Shown: piece after piece, positions 27,443 to 33,665 of the stretch
Position numbering within the stretch: the first letter of the stretch is position 1
Layout: each line of letters opens with the position of its first letter
From: an uncultured Oscillibacter sp.
Lineage (GTDB): Bacteria; Bacillota; Clostridia; Oscillospirales; Oscillospiraceae
NCBI GenBank assembly: GCA_964519775.1
Contig: CAZFJB010000001.1
Location: forward strand, 1 to 33,665
Direction of reading: 5' to 3'
DNA length: 33,665 nt
Notes under the pieces: generated by a model
What the model was told of the DNA's origin: nothing
Databases searched by the model: none
The model's input: the letters and a program-made list of their open reading frames with translations, nothing else
Program-made: the position numbers and the translations under genes

Positions 27443-28411
27443 TTGACCAAGCGGATCCTCAAAAAACTCTTTTTCGCCCTCGTTACCATTCTTTTCGTGG
27501 TGGCGTTCAACTTTTTCCTTTTCCGCGTGATGCCCGGAAACGCGGAGACCATCATTGCCAAAAGTACCACCTCACAGGCGGTGAAGGACCGTCTGATCGC
27601 CGAGGCGGGGCTGGATCAGCCCCTTATGACGCAGTTTGCTATCTATATGCGCGGCCTGCTCACCGGCGACTTCGGCAACGCCTTCAATACCTATGACGGC
27701 AAGCAGAACGTGCTCGCCATCATTGCCGGCCGCATCCCCAACACGGTCATTCTCCTCATTGCGGCAGAACTGATCGCTATTGTGCTGGGACTTTTCGTGG
27801 GCGTGATCTGCGCGTGGAAGCGGGGCACGGCGGTGGATACCGGTCTGCTCTCCGGATCGTTGGTGCTGTACTCCATGCCGACCTTCTGGTTCGCCATGGT
27901 GCTGATCTTCGTCTTTTGCGTGGGACTTCGGTGGTTCCCCACCGGCGGCATCACCACTGCCGGCACCCACTATGTCGGCTGGCGCTATGTGCGGGACTAT
28001 CTGCGCCACATGATCCTGCCGATGCTGTGCATGGGCGTTTTAATGCTGGGAAGCTACGCCATCCTGATGCGCAGCACCATGATCGATGTGTTGACCGAGG
28101 ACTACATCACCACCGCCCGGGCCAAAGGCTTTTCTCCGCGCTATATCCTTCTCAAACACGCGATGCCAAACGCCATGCTGCCGATGATCACCGTCATTGC
28201 CATGAACCTTTCCATGGTGGTGGGCGGCGCGATCCAACTGGAAACGCTCTTTTCGTGGCAGGGGTTGGGAAAACTCATGTACGAAGCGCTGATCCGGCGT
28301 GACTATCCGCTCTTGCAGGGCTGCTTCGTTATCACGACTGTCGCGGTGGTGGCGACGAATTTCGTTACCGACAGTCTGTATGCCCTGATCGACCCCCGGG
28401 TCAAAAACTGA
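27443..28411 (+). CDS. Peptide ABC permease (OppB/DppB-like)
   Basis: GLDQPL..QF, MPTFW, DYITTARAKG, RDYPLLQG, LIDPRVK; TTG start after GGAGGTG. Confidence 0.88.
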   Translation: MTKRILKKLFFALVTILFVVAFNFFLFRVMPGNAETIIAKSTTSQAVKDRLIAEAGLDQPLMTQFAIYMRGLLTGDFGNAFNTYDGKQNVLAIIAGRIPNTVILLIAAELIAIVLGLFVGVICAWKRGTAVDTGLLSGSLVLYSMPTFWFAMVLIFVFCVGLRWFPTGGITTAGTHYVGWRYVRDYLRHMILPMLCMGVLMLGSYAILMRSTMIDVLTEDYITTARAKGFSPRYILLKHAMPNAMLPMITVIAMNLSMVVGGAIQLETLFSWQGLGKLMYEALIRRDYPLLQGCFVITTVAVVATNFVTDSLYALIDPRVKN

Positions 28412-28428
28412 AAGGAGGCGCAGAGAAG

Positions 28429-29328
28429 ATGGATTTTTCCTCTGAGAGCCGCGCGCTCCGGCGCACGCTGCGCCGCCGCCGCGGACGCGCGTTTGTCCGC
28501 CGCGCCTGCGGCAATCGCATGGCGCGCATCGGCATGGCCATCATTGCCTTCTTCGTCCTCATGGCGGTGTTTGGCCCGATGGTGATGCCCTTCAAGACCA
28601 CCGACATTGCCGCCAGCCGCGCGGAGATCTTCAATCCCCCCTCCGCTGCCCATCTGCTGGGTACGGACAATCAGGGGAGGGATGTTCTTGCCTACCTCAT
28701 GAGCGGGGCGCGCTCATCGCTCTTCGTTGGCGCAACGGCCACCGTTATCTCCATGGTGCTGGGTACGCTCATCGGCATCACCGCCGGTTATCTGGGTGGC
28801 TGGGTGGATATGCTGCTGATGCGTGTTACCGATTTTTTCCTTGTGCTGCCGTGGCTGCCGTTCTGCATGGTGCTGGCGGCGATCCTTGGCAACAGTATGT
28901 GGAACATCATCCTTGTCATTGGCCTGACGGGCTGGGCAGGCACTGCCCGTGTCATCCGCGCGCAGACACTCTCTGTCAAGGAGCAGCAGTATGTTGAGCG
29001 CACAGTGTCGCTCGGCGCGGGCAAATGGCACATCATGACCCGCCACATCCTGCCGAATGTGTTCCCGCTGGTCTTTTCCGAGAGTATCCTCATCATCTCC
29101 AGCTCCATCCTCACCGAGACCTCGCTGGCCTTTCTCGGCCTTGGTGATCCCACCAACCCAAGCTGGGGCACGATGCTCAACGATGCCTACTCCACCGGTG
29201 CCATGACCAATGGCGCGTGGTGGTACTTCATCACTCCCGGCATATGCGTCATTCTGGTAGCCCTGAGTTTTACGCTGATGGGCTACGCCTTTGATGAGAT
29301 CCTGAACCCCAGGCTGGAAACGAGGTGA
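28429..29328 (+). CDS. Peptide ABC permease (OppC/DppC-like)
   Basis: HLLGTDNQGRDV, RHILPN, LAFLGLG..P.SWGTML, AWWY. Confidence 0.9.
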   Translation: MDFSSESRALRRTLRRRRGRAFVRRACGNRMARIGMAIIAFFVLMAVFGPMVMPFKTTDIAASRAEIFNPPSAAHLLGTDNQGRDVLAYLMSGARSSLFVGATATVISMVLGTLIGITAGYLGGWVDMLLMRVTDFFLVLPWLPFCMVLAAILGNSMWNIILVIGLTGWAGTARVIRAQTLSVKEQQYVERTVSLGAGKWHIMTRHILPNVFPLVFSESILIISSSILTETSLAFLGLGDPTNPSWGTMLNDAYSTGAMTNGAWWYFITPGICVILVALSFTLMGYAFDEILNPRLETR

Positions 29329-29333
29329 GGGCC

Positions 29334-30296
29334 GTGAAACTGCTGGAAGTAAAGAATTTACAGACCTATTTCCACACTGCTGCGGGCGAATTGCGGGCCG
29401 TGGACGGTGTCAGCTTCGAAGTAGAGGCAGGGGAGTGCCTGGGACTGGTGGGGGAGTCCGGCTGCGGTAAAAGCACCAGCGCTCTTTCCATCTGCAACCT
29501 TCTGCCGAAGGAGGGCTATATCCATGGCGGCGAGATCCTTGTGGACGGCGTGGACTACCACAAACTGACGGACAGGGAAATGCGCGCGCACCGCTGGAAG
29601 GATGTTTCCATCATTTTTCAGGGGGCGATGAATTCCTTTAATCCCGTCAGGCGTGTCGGCTGGCAGCTTGCCGAGGCTATGATGCTCCACGATGGGCTGA
29701 CGAAGGAGCAGGCGTGGCAGCGGGCCGGCGACCTCTTTGAACTGGTGGGCATCCCCCGTGAGCGTGTGCGTCAGTATCCGCACGAATTTTCCGGCGGCAT
29801 GAAGCAGCGGGCAATGATCGCCATGGCGCTTGCCTGCAACGCAAAGCTCATCATCGGCGATGAGCCGACCACCGCGCTGGATGTGATGATCCAGGCGCAG
29901 ATTTTGGAGCTGCTTGAAAAGCTGCGCCGTGAGATGCGCATGGCGATGATCCTTATCACCCATGATCTCTCCATTCTCGGTGAGACCTGTGACCGCATCG
30001 CCGTGATGTACGCGGGCAAGATCGTGGAGATGGGTACGGTGGACGATATTTTCCGATCTCCCGCCCACCCCTATACACGCCGGCTCATCGAGTGCTTCCC
30101 CAATGTCAGCGCCGGACGCACCATTCCGGACGGCATCCCGGGCTATCCGCCCGATCTGATCGACCCGCCCAAGGGCTGCCGCTTCCATCCCCGCTGCCAC
30201 TGCCGCTGCGCGGACTGCGACCGGCAGGAGCCGGCGCTGCGCCAGATCGGTGAAAAGCACTTTGTCGCCTGTCATTTGAGGGAGGTGGAGGTATGA
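29334..30296 (+). CDS. Peptide ABC ATPase (OppD/DppD-like)
   Basis: GESGCGKS, YPHEFSGGMKQR, DEPTTALDV, HPYT, GCRFHPRC...VACH; start could be 29325. Confidence 0.9.
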   Translation: MKLLEVKNLQTYFHTAAGELRAVDGVSFEVEAGECLGLVGESGCGKSTSALSICNLLPKEGYIHGGEILVDGVDYHKLTDREMRAHRWKDVSIIFQGAMNSFNPVRRVGWQLAEAMMLHDGLTKEQAWQRAGDLFELVGIPRERVRQYPHEFSGGMKQRAMIAMALACNAKLIIGDEPTTALDVMIQAQILELLEKLRREMRMAMILITHDLSILGETCDRIAVMYAGKIVEMGTVDDIFRSPAHPYTRRLIECFPNVSAGRTIPDGIPGYPPDLIDPPKGCRFHPRCHCRCADCDRQEPALRQIGEKHFVACHLREVEV

Positions 30297-31291
30297 CGCG
30301 GAAAAAGCCACTGGTGGAGGTAAAGGACCTCCAGGTCCATTACCCCATCCGAGACAGTGCCGCAAGCACGCTCTTCGGCAGCAAAAAGGTCCTCAAAGCC
30401 GTGGACGGCGTCAGCTTCACGATCGACCGCGGCGAGATCCTCTCACTGGTGGGGGAGTCCGGCTCAGGCAAAACGACGACCGGCAAGGCTGTCCTGCGGC
30501 TCGCGCCGGTCACAGGCGGCTCCATCCTTTACGACGGCGAGCCGGTCGGCGACAGCGACAGAGAACTGCGTGCTTTCCGCCGGAAGGCGCAGATGATCTA
30601 TCAGGACCCCTATCAGGCGCTGAATCCGCGTATGTATATCTCCGACATCGTTGGCGAAGCACTGGATGTGAACGGCCTTGCCCATAATGCGGCTGATCGC
30701 GCTGAGCGCATCGCCCGCGCGCTGAAGAACGCCGGTCTTACCCCGCCGGAGAACTATCTCTACCGCTATCCCTATGCCCTTTCGGGCGGGCAGCGCCAGC
30801 GTGTGGCCATCGCGGGGGCGCTGGTGATGGAGCCGGAGTTCGTTGTGGCGGATGAGCCGGTATCCATGCTGGATGCCAGTATCCGCACCGGTATTATCAA
30901 GCTGATGCTGGAAGAGCGCGAGCGGATGGGGCTTGCGTATCTTTTCATCACCCACGACCTGTCCCTCTCCTGGCTGATCTCTGACCGCATTGCCATCATG
31001 TACCTTGGCAGGATCATGGAACTCGGCACGGCGGATGAGATCCTGCGCCATGCTGCGCATCCCTATACAAAGGCCCTGATCAACATCATGCCGGTGCCGG
31101 GACAGGCGCGCGGCGGCAAGCGTGAGCTGCTCGAGGGCGAGACGCCCAACGCGGCGGCAGTCGTGCAGGGCTGCAAATTCGCCTCCCGCTGCAAACACTG
31201 CACGGAGCGCTGCCGCCAGGAATCGCCGGCGCTGCGGGAGATCGGCCCAGGCCATCTGGCCGCCTGTCATCTGACGGAGGAATTGGGATGA
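30293..31291 (+). CDS. Peptide ABC ATPase (OppF/DppF-like)
   Basis: KAVDGVSF, GESGSGKTT, LSGGQRQR, DEPVSMLD, HPYTKAL, GCKFASRC; ATGA overlap. Confidence 0.9.
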   Translation: MTRKKPLVEVKDLQVHYPIRDSAASTLFGSKKVLKAVDGVSFTIDRGEILSLVGESGSGKTTTGKAVLRLAPVTGGSILYDGEPVGDSDRELRAFRRKAQMIYQDPYQALNPRMYISDIVGEALDVNGLAHNAADRAERIARALKNAGLTPPENYLYRYPYALSGGQRQRVAIAGALVMEPEFVVADEPVSMLDASIRTGIIKLMLEERERMGLAYLFITHDLSLSWLISDRIAIMYLGRIMELGTADEILRHAAHPYTKALINIMPVPGQARGGKRELLEGETPNAAAVVQGCKFASRCKHCTERCRQESPALREIGPGHLAACHLTEELG

Positions 31292-32535
31292 ACGAACAAC
31301 AGTTTTTCAGTGACCTTGCCGCTCTTGTGGCAATCCCCTCGCTGACAGGCGAGGAGGCACCCTGCCGCGCGGCGCTGGAATTTGTCCTCTCCCGTGCGCG
31401 GGAGATGGGGATGCGCACCGGCATCACCCGGGAGGGCGACGCCGGGTGGGCCGAGATCGGCACAGGCAAGATCACATTGGGTATTCTCGCCCATGTTGAT
31501 GTGGTCGGCATCGGCGACCGGGCCAAGTGGCACAGCGACCCCTTCACGCTGACCGAGCGCGCGGGCGTATTTTACGGCCGTGGCGTGGAGGATGACAAAG
31601 GTCCCGTGCTCCAGTGCCTGCACGCCATGCACACGCTCCTGCTGGAGGGTGTGCCTCTGCGCAAGCGCATCCGCCTTATCATCGGCACCGGCGAGGAGAG
31701 CGCATGGACAGATATGGAACATTATCAGGCACAGTTCGGCACACCGGACTACGGCTTCTCACCCGATGCGGCCTTTCCTGTTTACAACGTGGAAAAGGGC
31801 TGTGTTGACATCAAGCTGTCCTTTGCGGCACCGGAGCTTTCGGCACTTGCCGCCGGTGACAGCGCCAACACGGTGCCCTCCTTTGCCCATCTGCGGCGGA
31901 AGGACGGCACGGAGCTTTCCGCGACCGGTGTTTCCGTCCATTCATCCGCGCCGGAAAAGGGTGATAACGCCATTTTGCGCCTTGCCCAGCAGGCGGGAGA
32001 CGCGCCGCTGTGGCGCTTTCTGCGTGAGAAATTCTCCGGTGCCACGCCCGCCGTGGCGCTGGGGCTGGATGATGGGAGCGACACCTATCGGGGCATCTGT
32101 GTGGGACGGACGGTCTGCGCGCCGACGGTGCTTTCGCTTGAAAACGGCATCGCGTCCGTGAACATCAACATCCGCTCCCGCCCGGGCGTAAGCGCGCGGC
32201 AACTGATCGACGCGCTGGAGCGGCTTGCGCCGGACTATGGATTCCGCGTGGCGCTGGACAGCGCGACCACGCCCATGCTGGTCGAGCCGGACCGCCCCTT
32301 CATCCGATTGATGAATGAGGTCGGCGCGGCGCACGGCATTGCCCCCGGCTGCCTGAACGCCTCCGGCGCGACCTATTGCAGCGCCTTCCCGAATCATGTG
32401 GGCTGGGGACCGACGCTGCCGCCGGATGAGGGCAGCGCGCATGAGGAAAACGAGCATACCTCCCGCGCGGATCTGCTGCGTGTGGCGGAGATCTATACGG
32501 ACTTTCTGCGCCGCAGCGGGCGGGAAGAGGAATAG
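31288..32535 (+). CDS. M20 family metallo-dipeptidase (PepV/Sapep-like)
   Basis: ILAHVDVV, YGRGVEDDKGP, GTGEES, SPDAAFPV..VEKG, HSSAPEKGDNAI, AHEENE; ATGA overlap. Confidence 0.85.
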   Translation: MNEQQFFSDLAALVAIPSLTGEEAPCRAALEFVLSRAREMGMRTGITREGDAGWAEIGTGKITLGILAHVDVVGIGDRAKWHSDPFTLTERAGVFYGRGVEDDKGPVLQCLHAMHTLLLEGVPLRKRIRLIIGTGEESAWTDMEHYQAQFGTPDYGFSPDAAFPVYNVEKGCVDIKLSFAAPELSALAAGDSANTVPSFAHLRRKDGTELSATGVSVHSSAPEKGDNAILRLAQQAGDAPLWRFLREKFSGATPAVALGLDDGSDTYRGICVGRTVCAPTVLSLENGIASVNINIRSRPGVSARQLIDALERLAPDYGFRVALDSATTPMLVEPDRPFIRLMNEVGAAHGIAPGCLNASGATYCSAFPNHVGWGPTLPPDEGSAHEENEHTSRADLLRVAEIYTDFLRRSGREEE

Positions 32536-32593
32536 CGTATTCCATTGTTCCGCTCCGAGGCCCACGGCATGGCACATTTTGCGGCACTGCGGG

Positions 32594-32622
32594 TTGCGTC
32601 CGGGCCGGGTCTATAGTAAAAT
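32594..32622 (+). promoter_or_regulatory. Putative sigmaA promoter of the flavoprotein gene
   Basis: TTGCGT-17bp-TAAAAT. Confidence 0.5.
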
Positions 32623-32701
32623 AACCTGTAGAAATACCCCCCCGCGGTGAAGCCCTGACCATGTGTCGGCGCCGCCGGGAGAACGAGAAGGAGGAGCGCC
32701 C

Positions 32702-33328
32702 ATGAAGATCGTAGCCATCAACGGAAGCCCACGGAAGGATGGGAACAACGCCCAACTGCTGGAGGTCGTGCGCCGGGAGGTGGAAGCCGCCGGCGTGGAG
32801 TTCGAGGTGGTCCAGCCCGGGGCCAATGTGCATCCCTGCATGGCCTGCTATCATTGCCTGAACACCGGTTCCCTCCGCTGTGTCATGGATGATGACGGTG
32901 TCAACGACATCATTGCCAAGTGCATCGAGGCGGACGGCATCCTGCTGACCTCGCCGGTCTACCACGCGGGGATCGCCGGGGGCATGAAGTGCGTGCTGGA
33001 CCGGCTGATGCTGGCGGCGGCCTGCGGGGAAAACCAGTTCCGCCACAAGGTTGGCGGCGCGCTGTGCACCCTGCGCCGCAGCGGCGGCAGCGAGACCTAT
33101 CACCAACTGCTGGCCACCATGGACTGCATGGAAATGGTCATCGTCACCTCCGATTACTGGGGCGCGGCCCACGGCGCGGACCCCGGCGAGGTGCTGGCGG
33201 ACACGGAGGGCGTGGATGTGGCCGCCAAGCTGGGCCGCAATATGGCCTGGATGGTGAAGGTCCTGGCAGAGAGCAAAGTCCCCCTGCCCGCCGTCACTCA
33301 CCGCGCCATGACCAACTTTATCCGGTAA
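32702..33328 (+). CDS. Flavodoxin family / iron-sulfur flavoprotein (NADPH-dependent FMN reductase-like)
   Basis: INGSPRKDGN, CMACYHC-x7-C, ADGILLTSPVY, RRSGG, TNFIR; RBS AAGGAGG. Confidence 0.87.
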   Translation: MKIVAINGSPRKDGNNAQLLEVVRREVEAAGVEFEVVQPGANVHPCMACYHCLNTGSLRCVMDDDGVNDIIAKCIEADGILLTSPVYHAGIAGGMKCVLDRLMLAAACGENQFRHKVGGALCTLRRSGGSETYHQLLATMDCMEMVIVTSDYWGAAHGADPGEVLADTEGVDVAAKLGRNMAWMVKVLAESKVPLPAVTHRAMTNFIR

Positions 33329-33517
33329 GCGGGAGCGCATACCGCACCTGTTAAAAATCATCTGCTCAAATCGCCGTGCCGTGGAAAAAACGCAATGCAT
33401 AGGGGAAAGCCAGCGGACAAAACCTATCTGGAAAAGGATTTGCGGCGCTCCGCCGCTGCCAGCATTGACCGCGGACCAGCAAGAAGGAGAAATGGGGAGA
33501 ATAACTCCATCACCAAA

Positions 33518-33565
33518 GAAAAAGCAGTAAGGAACGGGATTTTCCCGTTCCTTACTGCTTTTTTC
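33518..33565. terminator. Long bidirectional intrinsic terminator
   Basis: AAAAAGCAGTAAGGAACGGGA-ttt-TCCCGTTCCTTACTGCTTTTT. Confidence 0.88.
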
Positions 33566-33603
33566 AGTTTATTTTCGCTGTGTGATGTTCGGGTGACGCG
33601 ACA

Positions 33604-33665
33604 TCATTCGCCCAGCAGACGATACAGCATCGTCACGATCTGCGCTCTTGTGCAAGGCTGACCGG
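33604..33665 (-). CDS. 3' end of an S-layer homology (SLH) domain protein (partial, runs off window)
   Basis: Minus strand translates GQPCTRAQIVTMLYRLLGE*, matching the SLH TRAQ motif; followed by the terminator; absent from the ORF track. Confidence 0.7.
   Translation of the reverse strand, partial: GQPCTRAQIVTMLYRLLGE

Noticed and set aside
32593-32602. GTTGCGTCCG resembling part of an NAD+-II riboswitch as I recall it
   Set aside because: Overlaps the predicted -35 box and the remaining motif and pairing are absent
33395-33661. 88-aa plus-strand ORF
   Set aside because: Runs through a strong terminator and overlaps the SLH gene end on the other strand; no RBS

Overview
GC-rich Clostridia-type DNA (probably Oscillospiraceae, judged from GGAGG RBSs, sigmaA promoters and an SLH-domain gene end) made of consecutive nutrient-scavenging modules. 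No integrase, transposase, CRISPR, tRNA or rRNA was seen. (1) 69-7376: tail of a glycan operon with a lyxose/mannose isomerase, PfkB kinase, epimerase-like protein and GH38 alpha-mannosidase; both its sulfatase and its sulfatase maturase are broken by deletions. (2) 7496-7678: a stand-alone small membrane protein. (3) 7858-16399: RpiR regulator divergent from a PhnP-like metallo-hydrolase, AfuABC/FbpABC-type ABC transporter, membrane protein, PrsA-like PPIase and GDPD. (4) 16682-23672: an uncharacterised IclR / OPT transporter / DUF917 / AroM / M29-like peptidase / DUF1177 cluster, the best candidate for an undescribed catabolic pathway, with back-to-back promoters suggesting a non-contiguous operon. 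(5) 23865-32535: MerR activator with a 19-bp-spacer promoter driving an S66 peptidase, Opp-type ABC importer and M20 dipeptidase. (6) An iron-sulfur flavoprotein and the 3' end of an SLH gene. Family calls come from motif recognition by eye; no database search was run.
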